From an uncultured Verrucomicrobiae bacterium (GTDB lineage: Bacteria > Verrucomicrobiota > Verrucomicrobiia > Chthoniobacterales > Chthoniobacteraceae), in NCBI GenBank assembly GCA_963769025.1, contig CAVYKI010000002.1, positions 352,001-416,000 of the forward strand: a DNA stretch of 64,000 nucleotides, read 5' to 3'. Under the pieces are notes generated by a model. It made no database searches. It worked only from the letters and a program-made list of their open reading frames with translations, and had not been told where the DNA came from. Below are positions 1-10,376 of the stretch, in pieces (within the stretch, counting starts at the first letter, position 1; each line of letters begins with the position of its first letter). The translations under genes were made by a program, and so were the position numbers.

Positions 1-1
1 G

Positions 2-385
2 GTCATCAAGGACGCGCACATCTACGGCATTTGCAGCTACGGGCAGTTCCGCTGCATCGCCGCCGCGGACGGCGCGCGCGTGTGGGAGACGCAGGAGGTC
101 ACGCGCGAAAAGGCGCGATGGGCCACGGGCTTCATCGTGCCAAATGGCGGGCGATACTTCATCAACAACGACCGCGGCGAACTGATCATCGCCGACCTGC
201 GTCCCGACGCGTACCGCGAGATCAGCCGCACGCAGCTCATCACGCCCGACAACAAGCGCGGCGGACGCCGCGAACTCGGCGCCGTAAACTGGGTCCATCC
301 CGCGTATGCGAACAAACACATCATCACGCGCAACGAGCAGGAAATCATCAGCGCCTCTCTCGACGCGGCAGATTACGCGAAGTAG
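2..385 (+). CDS. PQQ-like beta-propeller repeat protein, C-terminal part (5' truncated by window)
   Basis: Open frame from base 2 (VIKDAHIYG...GQFRCI..ADGARVWET) ending in NWVHPAYANKHIITRN, typical of PVC-group PQQ-binding-like propellers. Confidence 0.75.
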   Translation, partial: VIKDAHIYGICSYGQFRCIAAADGARVWETQEVTREKARWATGFIVPNGGRYFINNDRGELIIADLRPDAYREISRTQLITPDNKRGGRRELGAVNWVHPAYANKHIITRNEQEIISASLDAADYAK

Positions 386-399
386 CGACGCCCCGGACG

Positions 400-2119
400 T
401 CAGCGCGTCTCGGTGATCGCCTCGTCGGCCTGCGTGACGCGGACGATTTCCTCGACGGTCGTCTGGCCTCGGAGCACGCGGCGCCAGCCGTCGGTGCGCA
501 GGCGTTTCCATGCCGTCCTGCGATGGCCCGGGCTTTCAGCGCGCTGCCGGTTTCCTTGCGGATGATCATGCGGCGCAGCTCCTCGGTGACGATGCAGACC
601 TCGAAGATCGCGGAACGTCCGCGGTAGCCGGTCTGCCGGCAGGTGTCGCAGCCTGCGCCTCGGTAAAGCTTCGTGTCCGGGCGGCACGTGGAGCTCGATT
701 TCGCGGAGGTAATCCGCATCGTAGGTGGCCTCCTCGCGGCAGTCGGCGCAGATGGTGCGCACGAGGCGCTGGGCGAGGAAGCAGCGCACGACGCTGGCGA
801 GCAGGAAGGGCTCGATGCCCATGTCGAGCAGACGCGTGATGCCGCTCACGGCGTCATTCGTGTGCAGCGTGGAAAAGACAAGGTGGCCGGTCATCGCCGC
901 GCGGATGGCGATTTCGGCGGTCTCGAAATCGCGGATTTCGCCGACCATCACGATGTTCGGATCCTGACGAAGGATGGCGCGCAGGCCGTTGGCGAAGGTG
1001 AGGCCGATCTCGGATTTCACATCGATCTGCGAGACGCCGGGGAGGCGATATTCCACGGGCTCCTCGATGGTGATGATGCGGCGCGAGGGCTGGTTGATGG
1101 ACGAGAGGAAGGAGTAGAGCGTGGTGCTCTTGCCGCAGCCGGTGGGGCCGGTGACGAGGATGATGCCGTTGGGCTGCGGAGATCATCTTTTTCATCTCGG
1201 CCATCTGCCGTGCGCCCATGTCGAGCCGGTCGATGCCGAAGGTGAGCGTCTCGGTGCGGGAGAGGAGACGCAGCGAGATGCTCTCGCCGTTCACCGTCGG
1301 GATCGTGGAGACGCGGACGTCGATCGCGCCGGCGACGGTGGTGAGATTGATGCGGCCGTCCTGCGGCAGGCGGCGCTCGGCGATGTCCATGTGGGCCATC
1401 ACTTTCAGGCGCGAGATGATGGCGCTTTGGAGCACGCGGAGCTGCGGCGGGCACGGCGACTTCGTGGAGGATGCCGTCGACGCGGTAGCGGATGCGGAGA
1501 TCGTTTTCGAGCGGCTCGACGTGGATGTCCGTCGCGCGCTCGGTGATGGCTTCGCGGATGATCTGGTTGACGAACTTGACCACGCTGGCCTCGGGATCGT
1601 CGTTCGTGATGTCGAGCGCGGTGTCCTGCTCGATGCTCTCGAAGGCGCGGTTGTTCTTGAGGATTTCCTCGAAGACATCCGCGCCGACGCCGTACAGCCA
1701 TGCGGAGCGCGCGGAGGAGCTGGCTGCGCGGGGTGAGCTGCCACTGCGATCTTTTTCCCGGCGAGCTGCTGCTGCGCGAGGCGGCGCGCGGTCTGGTTGA
1801 AGACGTCGTAGGTCGCGAGGACGACGGTGTTCTCATCCGGTGCCGCGACGGGGAGGATGTGGTGCTTGAAGACGAAGCGGCCCGGCAGGAGCTGGAGCAC
1901 GCCGCGCTCGATTTTCCCCGCCTCGATCTGCGCAACCGGCGTGTGGAAAATCTTCCCGAGTTCCGCGGTGAGGCGGGCTTCGTCGGCCTTTCCGGAATTG
2001 AGAACCTCGACCGTCCATGTGCCGCCCGCGGGCGGCTTGATGGCGAGCAGCTCTGCGGCGTCGTGATCGTTGACGCCGCTGGCCAGCAGGGCGTCGAGGA
2101 GGGCGCGGAGCTGGCTCAT
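400..2119 (-). CDS. gspE: GspE/PilB-family secretion ATPase (several frameshifts)
   Basis: Fragments across frames: [21 protein letters not shown], Walker [54 protein letters not shown]. Confidence 0.9.
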
Positions 2120-4593
2120 CGCCTGCGCGGGGTGCCGGTATCCTCGCGGAGCTTCGGCGCGGGACCGCGCAGCGAGGAGGGCTTCTCGGGCGTGATTCGC
2201 TCGCGGATGTTCGTCGGCAGGATGGCGCTCTCGAGATCCGCCGGGACATTGAATGCCTCGAATGTCTTTTCGCGCAGTGCGGCGGTCTCCGTCGGCGCGA
2301 GGGTGACGACCGGGCGCATGATCATGATGAGCTCGTTGCGGATTTTGGACTTGGTGTGCTTGCCAAAGAGCGGGCCGATGATCGGGATGTTCACGAGCTT
2401 GTTCACTCCGCTCTTGGCGTAGTCCTGGCTTTCCTTGATCAGGCCGCCGAGGATGAGCGTGCCGTTGTTGGGCACGGTGACGTAGGTCTTGAGCGCCCGG
2501 TTCGAGATGTTGGGGATGGCGTTGTTATCCACCGTCGTGGTGCCGGCCTGGTCGGAGATATTCTGGACGATTTCGAGCGAGACATCCTTGTCGCTGTTGA
2601 TGAGCGGCAGCACCTCGAGCCGGAGCTGGATGTCCTTGTATTGGATCGAGCTGTTGGTGACCAGGCCGTTGCTCGTGGTGGTGGTGGAGCTGAGGGAGCT
2701 CTGGATGCTCGTGGGCACGGGAACCTGCGAGCCCGAGGTGATGACGGCGCGCTTGTTGTTGCTGGTCATGATGCTCGGGCGCTGGATGACGCGGAAGCGG
2801 TCGGAGTTTTCGAGCGCATTGAGGGCGACGTTGAAGGTATTGCCCGCAGTGACGAGCCCGCTGACGCCGCCGGACCCGACGGCGAACGCCTTGCTGATGG
2901 CGGTCTGGTTCAGCAGGCTGTTGAGCCCGAGGACCGCCTGATTGTTGCTGTTGAATCCGACGGATGAACTGCCGGTGGTGCCGGTCGTGGTAGTCCCGGC
3001 CGTGCCTGTGCCCGTGGTGCCAGTGGTCGCAGACGGCAGAATGCCACCATTCCGGAGGATGTATTCCAGGCCGAAGTTCTCGTTCTTGGTCAGCGTGAGT
3101 TCGCCGATGATGCAGTGGATCATCACCTGCGCCTGCGGCACGTCGAGCTTGTCGATGACCGAAAATGCCTTCGCCGTGACGTCCTTCGCACCGACGATGA
3201 TGATCGTGTTCGAGCGCTTGTCGGCAATGATGGTGCTCTTGCCGACCTGCTGCGTGACGGGCTGCGTGTCGCGCTCGGAGGTGGAGAGCGTCTCGCCGCC
3301 GGTCGCGGAACTGGAACTGCTGGCGTTGCTGGAAGACTGCGTGCCGAGCGTGTTCTGATTCGTATTGCGGGTGGTCGGCTGCTGCGTCTGCGTTCGCGCG
3401 CCGGCGGCTCCGGCCGCTCCGCCTGCGGCGCCCGCGTCCTTTTCACCGGGATCCTTGATGGCTGCGACGACAGCGTCGATGACCTCCTCGACTGGCCGGA
3501 ACCGCAGCGGGCGCACGGCGGGCGGGGCGAGGGGGACCTCGGAATCGTATTCCGAGATGAGCGCCTTGATCAGTCTCATGTTCACCGGGCGTGAAACGAC
3601 ATGCAGGCGGTTCGTGCGCTTGTCCGCAGTGATGCGCACTTTTCCGACGACGAAGTTATCCTCCGTCGGTCCGGACCCGGCCGTACTGCCGTTGATCTGG
3701 ATGGAGAGATTTCCCTCGGTCGCCGGAACGCCGGGAGGCAGGGGGGCGCCGGATCCATCCGTGGTTGCGCGGACGACCCGTTGTTGCGTGGGAACTCCCG
3801 GAACGCCGGGCGATGCCTGCTGCGCCTGCTGTTTCTCGAAAAGCTTCTCGAGGTAGCCCGCGATCTCCTCGGCCTGCGCGTGCTCGAGGTTGATGAATTC
3901 GCTCACGACCTCCGCGGGCTCGACGTCGATCGCGCGGACGATGCGGATGAGTGTGCGGATGATGTTCGTGTTTTCCGTGACGAGGAGCGACTGCGACTTC
4001 GGCAGGGGAGTCACGCTGGACGTGCCGGCCTGGTTCGGCACGAGGATGCCGTTCTGGATGGTCGCCGCGAGTTCGGTCGGGTCGGCCCACGTGAGCTTGA
4101 AAAGATACATCACGGTCTGCTCCCCGGCGGGCAGCAGCTCCTCGCGATCGACAAATGGCACACCGACCGACTTCGGATTCTGGCCGGCGCCGGTGACTTT
4201 CCAGATCTTCGGATCCTCGGTCGGGACGATGTTGAAGCCATTCATCATCAGCGTCATCTCGACGAGCTTGATGGCCTCGGTCTGCGGGACCTGGCCAGAG
4301 ATGAAGATTCGGATCGGTCCGGCTAGCTGGGTGCTGTAGATGAGACGCCGGCCGGTCCATTTTTCGTAAAGTGCGAGCACGTCCTTCACGTCGGTATCCA
4401 GCATTTGCAGGGGGACGGGCGATCCCCCGCCGGGGATCGGGAACTGGTTGCCATCCGGAGCCGGCGGGATGGGAGAGGGGATGGGCGGGACGCCCGGAAC
4501 TGCGATCGGGGAAGGGACGGGCGGAGGCACCTGCGCCGGAACGCGCGCGGTGAAGAACAGGATCGAGGAGAGGAGAAGGTAGCGGCGCAACAC
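2116..4593 (-). CDS. gspD: Type II secretion secretin GspD
   Basis: Signal peptide, N0-N3 domains (ADKRTNRL, ADKRSNTIII), LDVPQAQVMI and secretin C-domain (GTLILGGLI, IPIIGPLF); overlaps gspE start; GTG start inferred. Confidence 0.9.
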   Translation of the reverse strand: MLRRYLLLSSILFFTARVPAQVPPPVPSPIAVPGVPPIPSPIPPAPDGNQFPIPGGGSPVPLQMLDTDVKDVLALYEKWTGRRLIYSTQLAGPIRIFISGQVPQTEAIKLVEMTLMMNGFNIVPTEDPKIWKVTGAGQNPKSVGVPFVDREELLPAGEQTVMYLFKLTWADPTELAATIQNGILVPNQAGTSSVTPLPKSQSLLVTENTNIIRTLIRIVRAIDVEPAEVVSEFINLEHAQAEEIAGYLEKLFEKQQAQQASPGVPGVPTQQRVVRATTDGSGAPLPPGVPATEGNLSIQINGSTAGSGPTEDNFVVGKVRITADKRTNRLHVVSRPVNMRLIKALISEYDSEVPLAPPAVRPLRFRPVEEVIDAVVAAIKDPGEKDAGAAGGAAGAAGARTQTQQPTTRNTNQNTLGTQSSSNASSSSSATGGETLSTSERDTQPVTQQVGKSTIIADKRSNTIIIVGAKDVTAKAFSVIDKLDVPQAQVMIHCIIGELTLTKNENFGLEYILRNGGILPSATTGTTGTGTAGTTTTGTTGSSSVGFNSNNQAVLGLNSLLNQTAISKAFAVGSGGVSGLVTAGNTFNVALNALENSDRFRVIQRPSIMTSNNKRAVITSGSQVPVPTSIQSSLSSTTTTSNGLVTNSSIQYKDIQLRLEVLPLINSDKDVSLEIVQNISDQAGTTTVDNNAIPNISNRALKTYVTVPNNGTLILGGLIKESQDYAKSGVNKLVNIPIIGPLFGKHTKSKIRNELIMIMRPVVTLAPTETAALREKTFEAFNVPADLESAILPTNIRERITPEKPSSLRGPAPKLREDTGTPRRR

Positions 4594-4753
4594 GCGCGTT
4601 GTGTAGCCGCGCAGGGGACACGGGTCAACTGATGCCTGCCTTGCCTGGCGGCTCATTTTGTAAAGGGATCGTGAGCGCGCCAACGGACCCCGGCCGGCGC
4701 CATCCGGAGGCCATGGTTTCGCTCTGCGCGGTCCCTTTGCTATCCGCAGTTTG

Positions 4754-5275
4754 CTACGCAGCCTCTCCCGCGCCCTGCTGCAGCTTGCTCCACTTTTCCG
4801 TGAGGTCGCTCGCGAGCTGCTGGACCTCGGAAGGATCGAAGGGCTTGCGAAGAATCAGCAGCCGGTCGGGCTTCCCGAGGCGATCGAAAATCTGCTCCCG
4901 CGAGTAGTCGGAGTAGGCCGTGCAGATGACGGTCTGCAGATGTGGCGCCACCTGCCAGATATGGTCGATGGTTTCCACGCCGTCCCAGCCCGGAGGCATG
5001 CGCACATCGACAAATGCCAGTGCAAAGGGATGTCCGTCGGTCTCGGCGCGTTTCACGAGATCGAGCGCGTCCCGGCCCTGGTAGGCGGAGGAAAGTTCAA
5101 ACTGCTCGCGATCCGGAGCCGGCGACGTTTCGCCGAAAAGCGCATCCTCCAGCGATGCGAGCGCGGGGTCGTCCGCCGCGGCGTTGCCGAGAATCTTGCC
5201 GAAGTCCTCGTGGATCGCACGGTTGTCGTCGATGATCAGGATGCGGCGGTTGACCGGGGGCATGGCGCTGTTCAT
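4754..5275 (-). CDS. Stand-alone response regulator (receiver domain)
   Basis: ILIIDD...AFVDVRMPPGWDG...ICTAYSD...ILRKPF; overlaps kinase stop. Confidence 0.9.
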   Translation of the reverse strand: MNSAMPPVNRRILIIDDNRAIHEDFGKILGNAAADDPALASLEDALFGETSPAPDREQFELSSAYQGRDALDLVKRAETDGHPFALAFVDVRMPPGWDGVETIDHIWQVAPHLQTVICTAYSDYSREQIFDRLGKPDRLLILRKPFDPSEVQQLASDLTEKWSKLQQGAGEAA

Positions 5276-7449
5276 GCGGCTTTCTTTGCGGCGGCCGGCT
5301 GCGCGAGCGGCAGCGAAAGTGTGAACATCGCGCCGGTGCCGGGTCCGTCGCTGGTCCCGGTGAGGCTGCCGCCGATTTCCTTCGCAGCATTCGCCGCGCT
5401 GTGCAGGCCGAACCCATGCCCCGTCGCCTTCGTCGTGAAACCGTGGTTGAAGACGCGGGTGAGATTTTCCTGTGCGATGCCGCAGCCGGTGTCGCGGATC
5501 ACGATGCCCACGTGCTCCGCTCCGTTGCGATTTGCGGTGATGGAGAGCTTGCGTTTCGCGGCCGGAGTTTCCTCCATCGCCTGGCGCGCATTTGTGATCA
5601 GGTTGATGAGAATTTGCAGCACCTTGTGCCGATCGACGGACACCTGCGGGAGGGTGGGAGGGCAGTCCAATGCCAGGCTCACCGAGGCCCGTTCGAGTTC
5701 CGGGCCGGCCATGCGCAGCGCCTCGTCGAGCAGCGCGCGCGGCGCGAAGTCCTCCATGACGCCGGTGACCTTCGCATAGTCCTGCTGCATCGCGACGATG
5801 TCCTTGATGTGCGAGATGTTCTTCGTGAGCTGCTCGATTTCCGAAAGGCGGCCCTGCTGCTCCGCGTCGATCTGCTGCGCGAGCGTCGCGAGGTAGCCCG
5901 GCAGCATCTGGCCCTTGCCTCCCGGGCTGAAAAACGCGGGCAGGTCCGCCTTGTTCGCATCGAGGAGATCCGAGACTTTGCGGATACTGGCGGCCTTCGA
6001 TTTGCGGACGCTGTCGGAGAGGACGTTTGCGGAGACGTTCACGCTGTTGAGCACGTTGCCGACATTATGCAGCACGCCCGTGGCCACCTCCGCCATGCCG
6101 GCGGCGCGCGAAGCCTCCACGAGCTGCTTGTGCATTTCATCGAGCTGCCGCTGGGCGCGGTTGCGCTCGGTCACGTCGTTCGCGAGCACAATTTTCGTCA
6201 CCTTTCCCGCGAAGACAATCGCGTGCGCGGTGAGCTGCACCTCGATGATCTCGCCGTTGCGCTTCTTGTGCCTCCATTCGCCCGCGTCGAACGACTTCTG
6301 ACTCGTGCGGAACGCGCGCTCGACCGCGAGCGCCTCCGGACCTTCGGTGATGACCGGCAGCGAGAGCAGCAGGAATTCCGCCGGACCGTAGCCGTAGTGG
6401 CGGATGGCGGCGTTGTTCACGGCGACGAAATCGAGCGTCTCCAGATCCATCACCATCATCGGCATCGGATTGTTTTCAAAAAGGTTCCGGTAGGCGGTCT
6501 CGGAGTTCTTCAGCGCGGCCTCCGTCTGCTCCCGTTCGATGACCTCGCCGTGGAGCTGGCTCGTGCGTGCCGCGACGTTGGCTTCTAGATCGACCTGCGC
6601 CTGGCTCAGGGCTTCGTCCCGCTTCTGGACCTCGGCGAGCACGCTGTTGAACGTCTCAGCAATCCGCCCCACCTCGTCGTCACTGCGCTTCTCCGCTCGC
6701 AGCGCATAGTTGTTGTCCCTCGCGACCGAGTCGGCGAGTTGGGAAAGCTCGACGATTGGATCCGAAATCATCCCCTGCAGCCGCTTGAGCAGCAGCCGCG
6801 CGACGACGGCGGCGAGGATGCCGACGACGATGGTGATCACCGCATAAAGGCGCAGCCTCGCCCACAATTCGGAGAGGCTGATCTTCATCGCAATCGTGCC
6901 GAGCCTTTTTCCCCCATCCATCACCGGTTCGAAGTGGTTCAGGCCCGTGCCGCTGAGACGCGTGCCGGCAGGATGGCCTGGCTCGATGAGTCCGGGCAGC
7001 ACGGCGGGCACTCCTTTTGTCGGCCTGCCAAAGGCGCGCCCATCCGCCCCGTAAATCATCGCGCCCGTGACGTGCGGATAGTCCATCAGTGCGTTCAGCG
7101 TCGAAACCGTCGTGTGGGCGGTGCCTTGCTGGAGAGGTTCGCGGCTGTTCTCCGCGGCGACGCGGCTCAGCGATGCGAGCGAACTGCGCGTCGCCAGGAA
7201 CTGCGAGATGATGTCGAAGGTGAATAAGAGGATCCCGGAGAGCACGAGCGCCGCCGTGCAGGCGAGCATGGTGATGGCCGTCAGCTTCCGGCGGATCGGC
7301 TTTGGTCCGAGCCAGCACTTGGTCTTCCGCTCAAGGCGCGCGAGCAGTCCGGTGGATTCAACCGGTGTCGCGCCACGCGCCGCTGTCGCAGGCGGAACCG
7401 GCTTTGCCCCATCGGGGCCGATAGCCGGTCTCTGTTGAAGGTCGAACAT
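5272..7449 (-). CDS. Membrane sensor histidine kinase (CHASE8-like, HAMP, PAS, HisKA, HATPase)
   Basis: Two TM segments, HAMP (DDEVGRIAETFN), PAS (LFENNPMPM), H-box ATGVLHNVGN, NLITNA, DTGCGI, GHGFGL. Confidence 0.9.
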   Translation of the reverse strand: MFDLQQRPAIGPDGAKPVPPATAARGATPVESTGLLARLERKTKCWLGPKPIRRKLTAITMLACTAALVLSGILLFTFDIISQFLATRSSLASLSRVAAENSREPLQQGTAHTTVSTLNALMDYPHVTGAMIYGADGRAFGRPTKGVPAVLPGLIEPGHPAGTRLSGTGLNHFEPVMDGGKRLGTIAMKISLSELWARLRLYAVITIVVGILAAVVARLLLKRLQGMISDPIVELSQLADSVARDNNYALRAEKRSDDEVGRIAETFNSVLAEVQKRDEALSQAQVDLEANVAARTSQLHGEVIEREQTEAALKNSETAYRNLFENNPMPMMVMDLETLDFVAVNNAAIRHYGYGPAEFLLLSLPVITEGPEALAVERAFRTSQKSFDAGEWRHKKRNGEIIEVQLTAHAIVFAGKVTKIVLANDVTERNRAQRQLDEMHKQLVEASRAAGMAEVATGVLHNVGNVLNSVNVSANVLSDSVRKSKAASIRKVSDLLDANKADLPAFFSPGGKGQMLPGYLATLAQQIDAEQQGRLSEIEQLTKNISHIKDIVAMQQDYAKVTGVMEDFAPRALLDEALRMAGPELERASVSLALDCPPTLPQVSVDRHKVLQILINLITNARQAMEETPAAKRKLSITANRNGAEHVGIVIRDTGCGIAQENLTRVFNHGFTTKATGHGFGLHSAANAAKEIGGSLTGTSDGPGTGAMFTLSLPLAQPAAAKKAA

Positions 7450-7549
7450 TTGCAGGTGCTGAGGCGTAAAGGGTTCTGCCCCCTGAGACGCAGGATTTGC
7501 GCCAATTTGCCGCCGAATCTCACCCGGCCGCCCCCCCGCGGCAAAGCAC

Positions 7550-8242
7550 CTACACGCCGGGCTGTCCCGTCTGATCGCGCCCCGCCGTTTCCGTCTCGAT
7601 GCCGCCGGGCACCCAGAGGCCGGCGAGCGTGCGCGAGCCGTCGGTGTGGTGGTGAAGGGGCAGGATCGAGCAATTCGGCACCATGACGCCGTGCATGAAA
7701 TTGTAGAACCGGCGCATCGCCGTGGAGTCGATCACGGCGGGCCGTGACACCACAAGCCACGTGATCGTCTGCATGACCAGTCCGTGGCAGAAAACGAAAA
7801 TGCGGCGCTCCGGACGTTGGGCCGCCGTTTCGATCGCGTCGCTGACGCGCGTCGCAAATCCCGCGAACGACTCCGCGCCGGGCGCCGCGTAGTGCGGGTC
7901 GCAGCGCTTCCAGTATTCCTCGGATTGCGCGCGCCGCTCCTCCTGCGTCGTGTCCACGCAGAGCGCCGGGTCGAGGTACTGCACTTCCTGCACCGGCCAT
8001 TGCTCCACGCGCGCCCGCGGGAAGCGCCGGATCGCCGGCTCAGCCGTCTGCCGCGCGCGGACGTAGGGCGAAACGACGATCAATTCCGGCTCCACGTGCA
8101 GCGCCGTCGCGAGCTGTTCCGCCTGGCGGAATCCGAGCGGGCTCAGCGAATAGGTCGGCGCCTCGCGGGTCCGCGCGCCGGCGTTGGCGACACTCTCCGA
8201 ATGGCGGATGAACCAGACTTCGCGATGATTATTTCCCTGCAT
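7550..8242 (-). CDS. Histidine phosphatase family protein
   Basis: FIRHSES motif, SPYVRARQT, VFCHG. Confidence 0.85.
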   Translation of the reverse strand: MQGNNHREVWFIRHSESVANAGARTREAPTYSLSPLGFRQAEQLATALHVEPELIVVSPYVRARQTAEPAIRRFPRARVEQWPVQEVQYLDPALCVDTTQEERRAQSEEYWKRCDPHYAAPGAESFAGFATRVSDAIETAAQRPERRIFVFCHGLVMQTITWLVVSRPAVIDSTAMRRFYNFMHGVMVPNCSILPLHHHTDGSRTLAGLWVPGGIETETAGRDQTGQPGV

Positions 8243-8486
8243 CCGACTCCAGCTTTTCAAATCGTCCCGCGAATACCTGCATCACCACGCCCAGCGCGAG
8301 AAAGCCGCCGCAGTACAGCCAGCGCGCGAGGAGGTATCGCTGGTATTTCGACTGCGGCTCGTCGCGCACGTGCTCGACGCTGGAATCGCCCCCGAGCGCA
8401 CGGACGGCGCCGGTGCGCATCGCATCCACGGCGGTCCAGCCGTAGAACATCGCGACTGCAAAACAAACGATGCCGAAAATGCGCAC
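8229..8486 (-). CDS. Small two-TM hypothetical membrane protein
   Basis: 85 aa with two hydrophobic helices; packed between sufT and the phosphatase. Confidence 0.6.
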   Translation of the reverse strand: MRIFGIVCFAVAMFYGWTAVDAMRTGAVRALGGDSSVEHVRDEPQSKYQRYLLARWLYCGGFLALGVVMQVFAGRFEKLESDAGK

Positions 8487-8489
8487 GTG

Positions 8490-9038
8490 TCAGATCAGCC
8501 CGAGCTTCATCTTCCCCGCCTCGGAAATCATCGCCTGATTCCACGCCGGTTCCCACACGAGTTCCACTTCCGCCTCGGCGACGCCCGGAACGCTCTCGAT
8601 TTTCGCCTTCGCCTCCGCTGCGATCGTCGGCCCCATCCCGCAGCCCGGCGCGGTCAGCGTCATCTTCACGTTCACCTTCGCCGGCTGCGTGTCCTGTTGC
8701 GCGACGGTGCAGTCGTACACGAGCCCGAGGTCCACGATGTTCACGGGAATCTCCGGGTCGTAGCACGTGCGGAGCTTTTCCCACACGGCCTGCTCATCCA
8801 CTTTCACCGGCCCGGCTGCGTCCTCGGCCGCCTTGGCGATGACCGTGATGCCGAGCGCGTCCGCATTGCTGTCCGTGATGCGCGCGAGCCCTTCGTTGGT
8901 CGCGATGGTGAAGCTGCCGCCGAGCGCCTGCGTGACGACGACGCGCGTGCCTTTTGCGATGTTGAATGTCTCGCCGCTCGGGATGCGGATGGCTTCGCAG
9001 TCGCGCGTGAGGGTTTTCGTTCCTGTGTGGTCTTCCAT
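8490..9038 (-). CDS. sufT: Putative Fe-S cluster assembly protein SufT (DUF59)
   Basis: TQALGGSFT N-domain; YDPEIPVNIVDLGLVY, MTLTAPGCGMG, LVWEPAW. Confidence 0.9.
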   Translation of the reverse strand: MEDHTGTKTLTRDCEAIRIPSGETFNIAKGTRVVVTQALGGSFTIATNEGLARITDSNADALGITVIAKAAEDAAGPVKVDEQAVWEKLRTCYDPEIPVNIVDLGLVYDCTVAQQDTQPAKVNVKMTLTAPGCGMGPTIAAEAKAKIESVPGVAEAEVELVWEPAWNQAMISEAGKMKLGLI

Positions 9039-9045
9039 GAGATTG

Positions 9046-9562
9046 CTATTCGGCTTTGGGTTTCAAAATCACGCGCACGGGTTTCGGCGCGGTGTTCGGA
9101 GTCGGGGAAAAGCTGTCCATCAGCGTCGGCGCGTTCGCGGGCGCGGGTGCGGCCGGTTTCGGTGCGGATGCACCGGGCTTCGGTGCGGGCGCATCCGGAA
9201 AGCGCCTGGCGCAGCGCGCCCTCGACGAGTTGCGCGCAGTGGATGCGCATCGGCGGCAGCGGCCCCAGCGGCGCGCTCAGCGCCTCGCTGTCCATGGCCA
9301 TCGCCTCCTCGGGCGTCTTGCCCTGGATGAGCTGCGTGGCGAGGCTCGCGACGGCGATCGCCGTCTCGCAGCCGAAAGTCTGGAAAGTCGCCTTGTCGAT
9401 CACCTTCTTCCCGCCCTCCTCGCGGAACTTGATCCACATCCGCAGCATGTCGCCGCAGTCCGCGCTGCCTGCCGTGCCCACGGCGTCCGCATTTTCCATC
9501 TCGCCGAGATTCTTCGGCTCGCCGATGGCGTTGTCGATTTTCTGCTGAAGGTCGTCGCTCAT
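9046..9562 (-). CDS. NifU/IscU-like Fe-S scaffold protein (frameshift near 3' end)
   Basis: PKNLGEM, CGDMLRM, FQTFGC..AIA, HCAQL; the Pro/Ala-rich tail continues in another frame to TAG at 9046-9048. Confidence 0.85.
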
Positions 9563-9565
9563 CGG

Positions 9566-10102
9566 TTACTCCAATTCGTAACGCGGGATGTTCGCATCCA
9601 CCTCGCAGCTCCACGCGTCGATTCCGCCGCGGAGGCAGCGCACATTTTCCATCCCATGACCGGCGAAATACGCCGCCGCATCGATGCTCCGGACACCCTG
9701 GTGGCAGACGAAAATGAGCAGCTCGTCCTTCGGCAGCCCGCCGAGCGAGTGCATGAGTTCCTGCGTGAAAAACGTGCTGCCCTCGATGTGCGCCGCGTCC
9801 CACTCCTCGCGCGAGCGAACGTCGATCAGCCGCGCCTTGCCGGCCCTCACCAGCTCCGCGGCCTCGGCCGGGGCGATCTGCATCCGCTGATCCTCGTCGT
9901 GCGCCGAGAGGATGGTCTGCACGGCCGTCTCCACCGGCAGATTTTCATTCCGCGAGCACACCTGCGCGAGCGTTTCGCCCGGCTGGAAGCCGCAGCTCGA
10001 GCATCCGCCGATGTGGTGCGCGCGAAACAGCGCCCGCTGCGCCCCCGGAAAGAGCGACACGAGTTCGCCCATGGTGATTTGTGGATCGATCGTTGCAGTC
10101 AT
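9566..10102 (-). CDS. Rhodanese-domain protein with N-terminal CxxC (DUF1858-like) domain
   Basis: HIGGCSSCGF N-domain; LIDVRSREEW, CHQGVRS, LRGGIDAW, IPRY. Confidence 0.85.
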   Translation of the reverse strand: MTATIDPQITMGELVSLFPGAQRALFRAHHIGGCSSCGFQPGETLAQVCSRNENLPVETAVQTILSAHDEDQRMQIAPAEAAELVRAGKARLIDVRSREEWDAAHIEGSTFFTQELMHSLGGLPKDELLIFVCHQGVRSIDAAAYFAGHGMENVRCLRGGIDAWSCEVDANIPRYELE

Positions 10103-10347
10103 GTCGCGCGAACTTAGAGCGTGCATCCCGCGATGGCAACAGCCGCCCTCACGGCTTCGGTCGCTCCGGTGCATTCGTGCTGAAAAGGATGCTTTGCGGG
10201 GAGACGGTCGCCAGTGGCGTTTAGTGTTGCGAGTGTTCGATTCGCAACAGCCGCAACAGGCCGGAACGCCCTCCATTTTCATCCGGGAAAGCGCCCGAAA
10301 ATTTTAACCCGCTTGCCGGTAGCCGGTTGAGCTCCGGGTGCAAATGC

Positions 10348-10363
10348 TGGCACGAGGGACGCT
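10348..10363 (+). promoter_or_regulatory. Candidate sigma54 (-24/-12) promoter
   Basis: TGGCACGAGGGACGCT has GG-N10-GC with a TGGCACG -24 box, just upstream of a nitrogen-scavenging hydrolase. Confidence 0.5.
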
Positions 10364-10376
10364 AAGTGCGGGCCGG

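Noticed and set aside
2960..3030. Thr/Gly low-complexity repeat in gspD
   Set aside because: Ordinary flexible loop or linker in a secretin
7450..7549. GGCAAA...GCGCAAA on the minus strand resembling a c-di-GMP-I riboswitch
   Set aside because: Lacks the GNRA-capped P2 stem and the correct spacing
10332..10342. CTCCGGGTGCA matches the 3' end of the tRNA-Arg (possible att site)
   Set aside because: Only 11 nt in GC-rich DNA, 25 kb on the 5' side of the tRNA, with core genes in between and no integrase
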